DNA from: an uncultured bacterium
GTDB lineage: Bacteria > Bacillota > Clostridia > Oscillospirales > Ruminococcaceae
Assembly (NCBI GenBank): GCA_905215965.1
Contig: CAJMSD010000002.1
Coordinates: 196,866-260,865, forward strand
Direction of reading: 5' to 3'
DNA: 64,000 bases
Positions 33,867 through 43,547 of this stretch are shown here, in pieces. The notes beneath the pieces were generated by a model that searched no databases, was not told the DNA's origin, and saw only the letters and a program-made list of their open reading frames with translations. Position 1 is the first letter of the stretch, and each line of letters opens with the position of its first letter. A program made the translations under genes and the position numbers.

Positions 33867-36251
33867 TTATTTTTTCATAAAATCCGTAATAGTGCCCGTT
33901 CCGCCTGTAGCCGTATAAGCATAGTAGGCGAGAATAGTTGAAGCGTCGGAGGAATCAACTGCGTTGTCTCCGTTTACATCGGCGGCTGTTTTCTGAGCTT
34001 CGCTGAATGTGGGAGCTCCTCCTGTTGCGATACGTGCGTACTCGCTCAGGACATAGGAAGCGTCGCTGGAGTTTACTGCGCCGTCGCCGTCAATGTCGCC
34101 GAATTCTGTTTTGGGCTGTTCGGGAGCCGCGCCGAGAGATTCAAATTTACAGTCATACTTTTCAGCGTATGCCTGAGCTGTTGAATTTTCATAGCCGTAA
34201 ATCGTGCCGTTGAAAATATAATCCCCATCTTCACCATATCCATTGCTTATAGTTCCCGAGGAGTCATAAATTTCGCAATCGGGATTTTCAATCTTTATAG
34301 AATTCAGATTTGTACAATTACAAAATGCAATACAATCAATGCTTGTAATACTTTCAGGAATCGTTATTGATTGCAGATTCGGACAGTTGAAGAACATTCG
34401 GCTGCCAATAGAAGTCATTCTGCTCGAAAGCGTAACTTTTTCTAAATTCTTACAGTCCCCGAATGTTCCGGGGGTCTCTCCGATACCGCCTTCTCCGAAG
34501 AATTCAGGCGGAGGAAGTTTATCCATTGTTGTTACAGAATCGGGAACAGTAATCTCCCTGATCGATGTACCTTGGAAAGCTCCCGCATAAATAGTTGTTG
34601 CAGAATCGGGAATATTTACGTCTTCAAGCGAACTGCAATTCCCGAAACATTCGAATCCGATCGACTTGACCGTATCGGGAATGGTAATATCCGTTAACGA
34701 GCTGCAATAAAGAAACGTTTCGTTCGGGATCTCAGTCATAGATACCGAAAGCTTTACACTTTTAAGAGAATCGCAATAAAGAAAAACGCAAACTCCCATT
34801 TCAGTAACAGAATCAGGAATACTTATGCTTTCAAGTTTGCTGCATTCTGCAAAACCGCGGTGTCCGATTCTGGTTACGCTGTCAGGAATCACTACAGAAG
34901 TTAAATTGTTGCAGCCAAGTAATGCACAATCTCCGATGATCTTAACGCTGTCAGGAATCGAATATGTACTGCTTTTGATTCCTGCCGGATAACATTCAAG
35001 CTCCGTTTTGTCCTTATTAAAAAGTATTCCGCCGTCTTCGCAATAAACAGGGTTATTTTCAGATACATTGATTGCAGTCAGGTTCTCGCTGTATGAAAAT
35101 GCATTGTATTCAATAGCAGTCACACTGTCAGGAATTGTTATTTCAGTTAAATTGGGGCAGTAAGAAAACGCCATATTTCCGATATATTCAACACTGTCAG
35201 GAATCGTTATTTCGAATAAACTGTCACAGCTGTGAAATGCCGCTGTACCAAAACTTTTAACACTGTTCGGAATTGTTATTTCGGTTAATTTTTCGCATCC
35301 CTGAAACATAAAATCTTCAATGCTTTTAAGATTTTCAGGAAGCGAAACCGAGGGTAAATTTTTGCAGTAGGAAAATGCTCTGGCTTTGATTTCTGTAACA
35401 CTATCAGGAATTGTTATCGAAGTTAAGCCATAACAATATTCAAACGCAGAATATCCAATACTTACAACACTATCAGGGAGCGTTACGGAAATCAGACTAC
35501 TGCAATCCGAAAATGCATCATCGCCGATACTTGTAATGCTGTCAGGAATCGTTACTGAAGTTAAGCTTGAGCAGCCCCAAAATGTATATTCCTCAATTCT
35601 CGTAATACTTTTCGGAATAATTACCGATGTTAAGTTGTTACACCTTGAAAATGCAGATTCACCTATGTATGCAACGCCTTCCGGAATCGTTACTGAGGTC
35701 AGATTTTCACACTCTGAAAACGCATAATCTCCGATACTTTTAGCATTGTCAGGAACTACTACATCTCCCTCACAGGTTTGACCGTCAATAAGTATGCCGT
35801 TAACAATAACAAAAGGATTCTCGCCTTGTTTTTCCATAAGCCACGGCGTCCTATTAAACGCATTACCGCCAATGCTCATAACACTGCCGGGAATGGTTAC
35901 CGAGGTCAAACTTGAACAAAAAATGAACGCATAAGCTCCAATACTTGTAACACTGTCGGGGATCGTTATCGAAGTTAATTTTGAGCAGCAGTCGAACGCA
36001 AAATCTCCGATACTTGTAACAGGCACTCCTTCGATTTCTGACGGTATAACAACTTTCTCAGCTAATTGGTCACAACGGGTAATTTCTATATGATCTTCGT
36101 ATTTTTTATATTGAAGTTCACCGTAAGTTCTATAGGTGTACTCCTCAGCCGCGCTTGCCGAAATAACGTGATCCTGCGTATTTACAGCAGACGGCAAAGC
36201 TCCGCCGAAAACAATGCTTACGGCAAGGAGCGCAGACAATAACTTTTTCAT
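33867..36251 (-). CDS. Cellulosomal BspA-type LRR protein (about 20 repeats) with a C-terminal dockerin
   Basis: It has a signal peptide MKKLLSALLAVSIVFGG. IPDSVTSIG..AF..C..LTS is repeated with a period of about 23-25 aa. The dockerin is GDIDGDGAVNSSDASYVLSEYA / DVNGDNAVDSSDASTILAYYA. The start is at ATG 36251 after GGAGG. Confidence 0.9.
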   Translation of the reverse strand: MKKLLSALLAVSIVFGGALPSAVNTQDHVISASAAEEYTYRTYGELQYKKYEDHIEITRCDQLAEKVVIPSEIEGVPVTSIGDFAFDCCSKLTSITIPDSVTSIGAYAFIFCSSLTSVTIPGSVMSIGGNAFNRTPWLMEKQGENPFVIVNGILIDGQTCEGDVVVPDNAKSIGDYAFSECENLTSVTIPEGVAYIGESAFSRCNNLTSVIIPKSITRIEEYTFWGCSSLTSVTIPDSITSIGDDAFSDCSSLISVTLPDSVVSIGYSAFEYCYGLTSITIPDSVTEIKARAFSYCKNLPSVSLPENLKSIEDFMFQGCEKLTEITIPNSVKSFGTAAFHSCDSLFEITIPDSVEYIGNMAFSYCPNLTEITIPDSVTAIEYNAFSYSENLTAINVSENNPVYCEDGGILFNKDKTELECYPAGIKSSTYSIPDSVKIIGDCALLGCNNLTSVVIPDSVTRIGHRGFAECSKLESISIPDSVTEMGVCVFLYCDSLKSVKLSVSMTEIPNETFLYCSSLTDITIPDTVKSIGFECFGNCSSLEDVNIPDSATTIYAGAFQGTSIREITVPDSVTTMDKLPPPEFFGEGGIGETPGTFGDCKNLEKVTLSSRMTSIGSRMFFNCPNLQSITIPESITSIDCIAFCNCTNLNSIKIENPDCEIYDSSGTISNGYGEDGDYIFNGTIYGYENSTAQAYAEKYDCKFESLGAAPEQPKTEFGDIDGDGAVNSSDASYVLSEYARIATGGAPTFSEAQKTAADVNGDNAVDSSDASTILAYYAYTATGGTGTITDFMKK

Positions 36252-36334
36252 GGTAAAAACCTCCAAAAATAATTTATATGTATATTATACATTGCTTTTG
36301 CAGGTTTTGCAAGTGTTTTTGTATAAAAAGTACT

Positions 36335-37432
36335 TTAATCTTCAAAATAGTAATCAAGCAGAAGATTCACTATCCGCGAATAGCTCTCGATGCCGTCATG
36401 AACGCCGTTTATCTTCAGACTTGTATCCGTCGCGGCGTCCGAAACAGCGTCAACGGTCTCGGTCGAAATTATCTCAAGCTCCTCGTTTTCCTCGAAATAA
36501 TCCTCGGGCATAAATTTAAACCAGTCGTTTATGACAAGCGGAGAGATCGTATCCGTAAGATAATAGGCTTCGGAGATACCGTTTTTGTAGATTTGATTAT
36601 GAACATATTCAAGAGCGTTTACATAACCGCTGTAGCGGAACTCGGCGCTTTCGCTTCCCGTGGACGCAATGAACGCGATGAACCCAGCCTCGTCCTCCTG
36701 AATGATACCTTTCAGGTGAGCGTATTCATGGCAAATAGTGTTCGGATAATTTATATCGCACATATCCGCATTGTAATTCGACTCCATTGTAAAGGGGAAA
36801 TATATGCCGAGAAGTCCCGACTGGCCCATGAAATACGAGTACGCAACAGGCTTCGGGTCGGGATAATAGCCGCTTAACTGACTATATTTTTCCGCAGCTT
36901 TATGCATTGCAGATTTCGCATTCTCATCAAGGTCGTCCGTCAGCACAAAACAGCCGTTTTCGTCCCTTTCGACCTGATCGGCAAGAGAATTCGCTTCGCT
37001 GATAAGAATCCCGTAAAGCTCGGTAAGCTCCGAACGCGTGTGCTCCTCGGAAACCGTAAAATAGCGCTCCGAAAAGGGCGTGCAGTGGTACATTATAAAA
37101 CAATTGAAGGTTTCCGTTGTAAGAATATATGTAAAAATATATATCACCGTCAAAGCTGCGGCAGAGCGTATCTTACGCCGGGAATTCTTCATGAATATCA
37201 GCATAATGACAACCAAAGGAATTCCCACAGCGACAAGCAGTATTCCTGCCGCAATAAGAAGTTCTCCGAAGGAACACGGTAGCAGTCCAGACAGAAAAGC
37301 AACGGGCGTTGATATGTACGGAAAAATTTTCATGACATAAAAATCCGAAAAAGCTGTGCTCAGTCTCGCTGCAATATTCAAAACAAGCATGATCGCGCAG
37401 ACTGAAAGCGGAATAATATATTTTTTCTTCAT
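36335..37432 (-). CDS. DUF3810-family membrane protein with an HExxH-like metallopeptidase motif
   Basis: N-terminal TM helices, then CHEYAHLKG. I chose the start at ATG 37432 (MKKKYIIPL). Confidence 0.7.
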   Translation of the reverse strand: MKKKYIIPLSVCAIMLVLNIAARLSTAFSDFYVMKIFPYISTPVAFLSGLLPCSFGELLIAAGILLVAVGIPLVVIMLIFMKNSRRKIRSAAALTVIYIFTYILTTETFNCFIMYHCTPFSERYFTVSEEHTRSELTELYGILISEANSLADQVERDENGCFVLTDDLDENAKSAMHKAAEKYSQLSGYYPDPKPVAYSYFMGQSGLLGIYFPFTMESNYNADMCDINYPNTICHEYAHLKGIIQEDEAGFIAFIASTGSESAEFRYSGYVNALEYVHNQIYKNGISEAYYLTDTISPLVINDWFKFMPEDYFEENEELEIISTETVDAVSDAATDTSLKINGVHDGIESYSRIVNLLLDYYFED

Positions 37433-37662
37433 AGCGTTTACCTCGAAAGCGTTTTTCATAATTATACCACATTTTTTGCCGTAAGACAATGGAAAGTATA
37501 TCCTGTTAAGGGATGAAAATAAGCGGATTTGCTCTGTGATGGAATGCCTGAAAATTTTTTCAAAATATATGGTAATTTGCTCCATAATGTATTATAAGCG
37601 GAGAGCCTACGCCGGCAGTTCGCGCTATATTTTTTTGCTGTATAAATTTTCTTATGCGCATA

Positions 37663-37691
37663 TTGAAATTTTTCGTATTATGTGTTATAAT
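37663..37691 (+). promoter_or_regulatory. Promoter TTGAAA-17-TATAAT (TGn extended -10) for the M16 peptidase pair
   Basis: tattgaaatttttcgtattatgtgttataataa. It is 14/17 spacer-identical to the promoter at 2593-2621. Confidence 0.5.
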
Positions 37692-37731
37692 AATAAGGTA
37701 TCTTTAAAATCAAATAGGAGTGTAACTGTAA

Positions 37732-38994
37732 ATGAAATACAACAGAACGGAGCTTGCAGACAATACAGGCTTTTCTACTGTTACAGACAGCAAGTTCAAA
37801 ACAAATTCGCTGACCATTCAGTTTATGACTGAGCTTGGCAGTGGCGCCGCAGATAATGCCGTGGGAGTATCTGTCCTTACTACTTCAACAAAAAAATATA
37901 ATACTCTCGCCAAGCTGAGCCGCCGCCTTTCCGAGCTTTACGGCGCGACTCTTTCGTCCTCGGCTAAGAAGGTCGGAGATATTCAGGTTCTTACGGTCTA
38001 TGCCTCTTGGATAAATAACCGCTATGCCCTTGAAAACGAGGATATTACGGCTGAAATGCTGGATATCATCTGCGAAAGCATTTTTGCTCCCAATGCCGAA
38101 AACGGCTGCTTTGACGCCGATTCCTTTGAAATCGCCAAAAAAGAGATCCTCGATCATATTGAATCCGAGATCAACAACAAGCGCGGATATGCTATTTCAA
38201 GAGCTTCCGAAACAGCGTTCAAGGGCGAGCCTGCACAGTGTGCCTGCTACGGTAACAAAGAAACTGCCGAAGCCGTTACCGCTGCGTCGTCTTACGAAGC
38301 CTATCGCAGACTTATTTTAAACGCGGCGATCGAGATCTTCTATGTCGCTCCCGAGGAAAATCCTCTCATCGAAAAGCGCGTCGGTAAGGAGCTTGCAAGG
38401 CTTGACAGAAAAGCCGTAAAATGCGAATTTCTCAAACCGAGTCCCGTTAAGCAGCAGCCGGAAAGAGTCAGCGATACTCTTGACGTAAGCCAGTGCAAGA
38501 TGGTAATGAGCTTCAAGACGGATTGCAGAGACGAATGCGCCGTAAAGCTTTTAAGCCTGATTTTCGGCGGAACTCCGGTTTCAAAGCTGTTTATGAACGT
38601 CCGCGAGAAGCTGAGCCTTTGCTACTACTGCGCATGCCGCACGATTGCTTCCAAATCAGCTCTTATGGTAGACTGCGGAATCGAAAGAGAAAATATCGAA
38701 AAGGCTGAAAAGGAGATACTTTTCCAGCTTGACGAAATAAGAAACGGAAACTTTACCGACGAGGAAGTCGAGAGCGCAATGCTTGCCATTGAAAACGCTC
38801 TTTCTGCTGTGGGAGACACTCATTCTTCCTATGTTTCATGGTATTTTGACTGCATCTGCTTCGGCACTGTCCTTACTCCAGAACAGAAATACGAGCTTTA
38901 CAAGGCTGTAACAAGAGAAAGCATTATCAAAGCCGCAAAGGAAACTACTCTGGACAGCGTTTACTTAATGCTTAATAAGGAGGCAGATCAATAA
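37732..38994 (+). CDS. M16-family (pitrilysin-like) peptidase subunit lacking the HxxEH motif (non-catalytic partner)
   Basis: Its length and domain pattern match M16. There is no HxxEH motif. It is translationally coupled to the next gene (ATAATG). Confidence 0.75.
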   Translation: MKYNRTELADNTGFSTVTDSKFKTNSLTIQFMTELGSGAADNAVGVSVLTTSTKKYNTLAKLSRRLSELYGATLSSSAKKVGDIQVLTVYASWINNRYALENEDITAEMLDIICESIFAPNAENGCFDADSFEIAKKEILDHIESEINNKRGYAISRASETAFKGEPAQCACYGNKETAEAVTAASSYEAYRRLILNAAIEIFYVAPEENPLIEKRVGKELARLDRKAVKCEFLKPSPVKQQPERVSDTLDVSQCKMVMSFKTDCRDECAVKLLSLIFGGTPVSKLFMNVREKLSLCYYCACRTIASKSALMVDCGIERENIEKAEKEILFQLDEIRNGNFTDEEVESAMLAIENALSAVGDTHSSYVSWYFDCICFGTVLTPEQKYELYKAVTRESIIKAAKETTLDSVYLMLNKEADQ

Positions 38995-40277
38995 TGGAAC
39001 GCAATATCATCACAAGCCGTCAGACCGGCGACAGCTGCATACACGTCAAGCACAGCAGCGGACTTGATATCTATATATGCGAAATGGCGGGATACAGCAC
39101 GGTAGAGGCTCTTTTCGGAACAAAATACGGCTCGATAAACACTATGTTCAAAATTGCTGAAGATAAGGATTTTACGGAAGTTCCCGAGGGAATCGCACAT
39201 TTTCTCGAACATAAGCTCTTTGAAAACGAGGACTGCGACGTTTTCGAGCTTTATGCCAAAACAGGCGCAAGCGCCAACGCTTTTACCTCTTTTGATAAGA
39301 CCTGCTATCTTTTCAGCTGCTCGAAAAATTACCGCGAATCCCTGAAAATACTGCTCGACTTTGTCCAGAAGCCTTACTTCACCAAGGAAAGCGTGGATAA
39401 GGAACAGGGGATTATCGGTCAGGAAATCAAAATGTGCAACGATAATCCCGAATGGCGCGTTTTCTTTAATCTTCTCAGAGGTATGTACCATAATCACCCT
39501 GTCAAGATCGACATTGCCGGAACTGTTGAAAGCATCGCCAAAATAGACGCAGATCTGCTCTATAAGTGTTATAATACGTTCTATAACCTTAATAATATGG
39601 CGCTTTCGATCGCAGGAAACATCAGCGCCGACGAGGTTCTTGAAATATGCGACGAGGCTCTTAAGCCCTGCGAGGACAAAGGGCTTGAAACCGTCTTTCC
39701 GAACGAGCCGTCGGAAATTGTCGAATCCGAAATCAGGGAAAATCAGCCTGTCGGTACTCCGATCTTCAACATCGGATTCAAGTGCGCTCCCTGCGACGGA
39801 AGAGAAAGGATCACAAAAACGGTTCAGGCAACTCTTGCGGCAGAGGTCATGACCGACGTATCTTCGGATATGTATCAGAAGCTTCTCAAGGAGCAGCTCA
39901 TCAATTCGACCTTCGGCACCGAGATATTTGCAGGCGACGGTTATTTCTCGGTGATATTCAGCGGCGAATCTTCCGCTCCCGAAAAGGTAAGAGACGCAAT
40001 ATTGTCGGAGATAAAAAGAACCTGCGCCGATGGTCTGAACGAAAGCGACTTCCTGCGAATAAAAAAATCAACCTACGGAACTCTTGTCCGCGAATTAAAT
40101 AACGTCGAGGCTGTGGCTAACCTGATGATAAATTCGCATATGTGCGGCACAAAGCCGTTCGATATGATAGATATCCTTTCACAGGCAACTTCGAAGCAGT
40201 GCCTTGAATTTATCAAAAGAGAGATTACCGAGGATAAGCTTGTAATGTCGGTAGTCGAGGAGGCGGCAAAGAAATGA
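38994..40277 (+). CDS. M16-family zinc peptidase (catalytic subunit)
   Basis: GIAHFLEHKLFE is the inverted zincin motif HxxEH. Confidence 0.85.
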   Translation: MERNIITSRQTGDSCIHVKHSSGLDIYICEMAGYSTVEALFGTKYGSINTMFKIAEDKDFTEVPEGIAHFLEHKLFENEDCDVFELYAKTGASANAFTSFDKTCYLFSCSKNYRESLKILLDFVQKPYFTKESVDKEQGIIGQEIKMCNDNPEWRVFFNLLRGMYHNHPVKIDIAGTVESIAKIDADLLYKCYNTFYNLNNMALSIAGNISADEVLEICDEALKPCEDKGLETVFPNEPSEIVESEIRENQPVGTPIFNIGFKCAPCDGRERITKTVQATLAAEVMTDVSSDMYQKLLKEQLINSTFGTEIFAGDGYFSVIFSGESSAPEKVRDAILSEIKRTCADGLNESDFLRIKKSTYGTLVRELNNVEAVANLMINSHMCGTKPFDMIDILSQATSKQCLEFIKREITEDKLVMSVVEEAAKK

Positions 40278-41347
40278 ATGAAGTAGAACGCATTACCGAT
40301 CTGAACGAAATCTATTTTCCGAATCTCGGCTGGAGATTCCATATTGATCCTACCGCCTTTACCGTATTCGGCTTGGATATTCAATGGTACGGACTTATTA
40401 TAACCTTCGGACTTCTTATGGCAATGCTTTATTGCTTCCCTAAAATGCGCAGGTTCGGTCTTGTTGCCGACAAAGTGTTTGATCCCGTTATCGGCGGAGT
40501 AATAGGCGGAGTTCTTGGCGCGCGCATTTATTACGTGGCGTCGAAATGGGACGAGTATGCAGGCGACTGGAAAAGCATTATCAATTTCAGAAACGGCGGC
40601 CTTGCAATTTACGGCGGAATAATCGGCGCTCTGGCGGTCGGACTGCTGATCTGCAAGCTGCGTAAAATCAGAATTCTTCCCACGCTTGACATTGCCTGTA
40701 TAGGATTTCTTATCGGACAAGGCATCGGACGCTGGGGGAACTTCACGAACCAAGAGGCGTTCGGAACCAACACCGACAGTCTCTTTGCCATGACCGGAGG
40801 TACTATCCAGCAAACTATTTTAAGAGAATCCGCTTTTCTGGACGGAAGTATGTATCAGTCCGGAATCGAGATCTCGGAAAAATATGCTGTCCACCCATGC
40901 TTTTTGTATGAATCGATATGGTGTTTGCTCGGTGTTCTGGTGCTTTCGCTCTTTATCAAGCACAGAAAATTCGACGGACAGCTCTTCCTTATGTATCTTG
41001 TATGGTACGGAGCCGAGCGCTTTGTAGTGGAAGGCTTGCGTACAGACAGCCTTATGGCAGGAAATATCAGGATCTCACAGGCTCTTTCGGCAGTCCTTGT
41101 AATAACGGGAACTATTCTGCTTATTGTCATGTTTTCAAAGGTCAGACGCGATCCGGAAAAATATGTTCTCTACTGCAATACGGAAGAGTCAAAGCAGCAG
41201 CTTGCCGAAGCAGATGAACAAATGACTCGCAGCAAATCAACAAATAACGGCAGTGAAAATACAGCCGATAAAAGCTCTGACGAAGATCAGACAGAAAATA
41301 AAACGAATATTAATCAGGAGGAATCAGAAAATGGCACAGATAATTAA
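40274..41347 (+). CDS. lgt: Prolipoprotein diacylglyceryl transferase with a ~70-aa acidic low-complexity C-terminal tail
   Basis: [30 protein letters not shown] and [13 protein letters not shown] are Lgt signatures. The tail [11 protein letters not shown]...[24 protein letters not shown] overlaps the folD start. Confidence 0.85.
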   Translation: MNEVERITDLNEIYFPNLGWRFHIDPTAFTVFGLDIQWYGLIITFGLLMAMLYCFPKMRRFGLVADKVFDPVIGGVIGGVLGARIYYVASKWDEYAGDWKSIINFRNGGLAIYGGIIGALAVGLLICKLRKIRILPTLDIACIGFLIGQGIGRWGNFTNQEAFGTNTDSLFAMTGGTIQQTILRESAFLDGSMYQSGIEISEKYAVHPCFLYESIWCLLGVLVLSLFIKHRKFDGQLFLMYLVWYGAERFVVEGLRTDSLMAGNIRISQALSAVLVITGTILLIVMFSKVRRDPEKYVLYCNTEESKQQLAEADEQMTRSKSTNNGSENTADKSSDEDQTENKTNINQEESENGTDN

Positions 41348-42188
41348 CGGCAAAGAGGTATCGGCTTCGGTTAGAGCCTCCGTTGCCGCAGAAACAGCAG
41401 CTCTCAGAGACGAAAAGGGACTTAAAGTAGGCCTTGCCGTTGTAATAGTCGGCAATAATCCCGCATCAAGAGTTTACGTAAACAATAAAAAGAAAGCCTG
41501 CGAGGAAGTGGGATTTCAGTCCTTCGAGTATGCCCTTGACGAAAATACCACAGAAGAACAGCTTCTGGATCTCGTGAACGTACTTAACAGAGACAGCCGC
41601 GTAAACGGTATTCTGGTGCAGCTTCCGCTTCCTAAGCATATCAACGAAACAGCAATTATAAATGCAATATCTCCCGAAAAGGACGTTGACGCTTTTCATC
41701 CCGTAAATGTCGGAAAGATCATGATCGGCGATTATTCGTTTTTACCGTGTACTCCTGCCGGCGTTATGGAGCTTATTGCAAGCACCGGAACGGAAATATG
41801 CGGCAAAAGATGCGTTGTTATCGGCAGAAGCAATATCGTGGGCAAGCCTATGTCCATGCTCCTTCTTCACAAAAGCGGAACTGTTACGATCTGCCATTCA
41901 AAGACAGAAAATCTGAAAGAGATCTGCTTGCAGGCAGATATTCTTGTAGTGGCAGTCGGAAAAGCCAACTTCGTTACAGGCGATATGATAAAAGAGGGCG
42001 CAGTTGTTATCGACGTCGGAATGAATCGTCTTGAAAACGGCAAGCTTTGCGGAGACGTTGATTTTGCATCGGCTGAGCCAAAGGCTTCCTACATAACTCC
42101 TGTTCCCGGCGGCGTAGGACCGATGACGATCTCCATGCTCATGAAAAATACTCTCACTGCCGCTAAACAGCAGGCAGGAATCAATTAA
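41331..42188 (+). CDS. folD: Bifunctional methylenetetrahydrofolate dehydrogenase/cyclohydrolase
   Basis: [15 protein letters not shown]...[19 protein letters not shown]...GILVQLPLP...[10 protein letters not shown]...[12 protein letters not shown]...[10 protein letters not shown]. The start is at ATG 41331 after AGGAGG. Confidence 0.9.
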   Translation: MAQIINGKEVSASVRASVAAETAALRDEKGLKVGLAVVIVGNNPASRVYVNNKKKACEEVGFQSFEYALDENTTEEQLLDLVNVLNRDSRVNGILVQLPLPKHINETAIINAISPEKDVDAFHPVNVGKIMIGDYSFLPCTPAGVMELIASTGTEICGKRCVVIGRSNIVGKPMSMLLLHKSGTVTICHSKTENLKEICLQADILVVAVGKANFVTGDMIKEGAVVIDVGMNRLENGKLCGDVDFASAEPKASYITPVPGGVGPMTISMLMKNTLTAAKQQAGIN

Positions 42189-42203
42189 ATTTCTAATAAT
42201 AAA

Positions 42204-42257
42204 AAGCCCGTTTATCTGCGCTGATGCGTTGTTTAACGGGCTTTTGTATTTTTTTAT
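42204..42257 (+). terminator. folD terminator
   Basis: AGCCCGTT-N22-AACGGGCT followed by TTTTGTATTTTTTT. Confidence 0.65.
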
Positions 42258-42465
42258 GACTATATTGGATCGCACATAATTACATTAAAAATATGATGGC
42301 ATGGGTGTCAAAAAACACCGCAACCCTGCCGTCATCTGGCAGGGTTGAAAGCGTGTAGAAAAAATATAATATATTTCGGGATAATCCCGATGAATTTATT
42401 GTACCATAGATCGATTGTAGAAATCTATACATATTTTGTCGAATTTTATGAAATTTTGTCGGACT

Positions 42466-42498
42466 CAAAAAAATCCGCCGAGGAATGATCCCCGGCGG
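42466..42498 (-). terminator. Terminator of the holin/M23 operon
   Basis: On the minus strand, CCGCCG-N12-CGGCGG followed by a T7 run. Confidence 0.65.
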
Positions 42499-42511
42499 TA
42501 ATTTTATATGT

Positions 42512-43018
42512 TTATTTAGCCGTAAGCGTGCCCGAATAAGTCACTCCGTCAATGACAAGGGTAACATTCTTAGACGCGGCAGCCGAGCTCTTCCCGGAGC
42601 TGTAACCATCGTCGTATGTACCGAGTGCGTTCGGGATTCCGGATATCTCGCTGATGTTCTGAGCCTGAGCCTTGCTGTCATTGAGTCTGCATTCGTAGTG
42701 GCAGTGCGATCCGGTTGATTTTCCCGTGCTGCCCTCAATGCCGATAACATCGGTGACTTTGACTGTATCACCTGCCAAGCATTTAAGCTCCGAAAGATGT
42801 CCGTAGTAATAATACTGATTTGTTCCGGACTTCTGTATTACCACCCGAAGCCCCCAGCCTTGCAAATGATTATTTGGATTCTCCCAACCTGCTCGTACTA
42901 CCTTTCCGGAGACCGTTGCGTGAATTTCCTTTGAATCTACTCCCACGAGATCAAGACCTCTGTGCGATGATGAGTAAGCCTGACTTACCCTGAATTTTCC
43001 CATATATGGACTGTTCAT
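42512..43018 (-). CDS. M23-family (LytM/lysostaphin-type) metallopeptidase with no signal peptide
   Basis: HRGLDLVG...YYYGHLSE...GIEGSTGKSTGSHCHYE are the HxxxD and HxH zinc motifs of M23. The start is at ATG 43018, 4 nt after the holin stop, with a GGGAGG RBS. No N-terminal hydrophobic leader is visible. Confidence 0.8.
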   Translation of the reverse strand: MNSPYMGKFRVSQAYSSSHRGLDLVGVDSKEIHATVSGKVVRAGWENPNNHLQGWGLRVVIQKSGTNQYYYYGHLSELKCLAGDTVKVTDVIGIEGSTGKSTGSHCHYECRLNDSKAQAQNISEISGIPNALGTYDDGYSSGKSSAAASKNVTLVIDGVTYSGTLTAK

Positions 43019-43022
43019 GATT

Positions 43023-43400
43023 TTATTCCTCCCTCTCTTTAACATTTTTCAGCCGCTGAATAATTTTTTTCGCCCACGCAGCCTCGGTGTTTATCTCGGC
43101 ATAGTTTTCAAGGATTGACACAAGCTCCATGAGCACGATGTAAATAAACACCGCAATCGCCGTTATTTTGCCTGTTACAGCCGCCAGACGGTCGCTGTCG
43201 TAATACTGACCAAGCAGCTTAATACCGATCTCCAGACCGCACGCCGTAGCCATAACGATTATCTCGCCGAGCTTGTTAAGACCTCCCTTGCGCATTTTCG
43301 CGCTTTGCAGGTCGTTATTGACGTATGCCTTGATAAGTCCTGTCAAAAAATCCGCGCAGGCAAGCCCAAGGACTATCGTTATCATGATTATGTACTGCAT
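43023..43400 (-). CDS. Holin (phage_holin_4 / TcdE-like family), 125 aa
   Basis: MQYIIMITIVLGLACADFLTGLIKAYVNNDLQSAKMRKGGLNKLGEIIVM... has three TM segments and matches that family's N-terminal pattern. The start is at ATG 43400 after GGGGGAGG. Confidence 0.75.
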   Translation of the reverse strand: MQYIIMITIVLGLACADFLTGLIKAYVNNDLQSAKMRKGGLNKLGEIIVMATACGLEIGIKLLGQYYDSDRLAAVTGKITAIAVFIYIVLMELVSILENYAEINTEAAWAKKIIQRLKNVKEREE

Positions 43401-43491
43401 TTTTTCACCTCCCCCTTTATAGGCATAAATCATATCAAATTCAACGGTTTTTGGTTGAATCTCCGCAAAAAAATTGCAAATAAAAAAACAG

Positions 43492-43536
43492 CACATTTCC
43501 GACATCAGTGAAATGTGCTGTTTTTATTGAAAATAT
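43492..43536. terminator. Bidirectional terminator (10-bp stem)
   Basis: A7-CAGCACATTT-N12-AAATGTGCTG-T5. Confidence 0.8.
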
Positions 43537-43547
43537 GCGAACGCGCT

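Noticed and set aside
42512-43505. Is the holin/M23 pair part of a prophage?
   Set aside because: No integrase, repressor, terminase, capsid or tail genes lie within 10 kb on either side, and the flanks are housekeeping genes. I therefore did not call it a mobile element.
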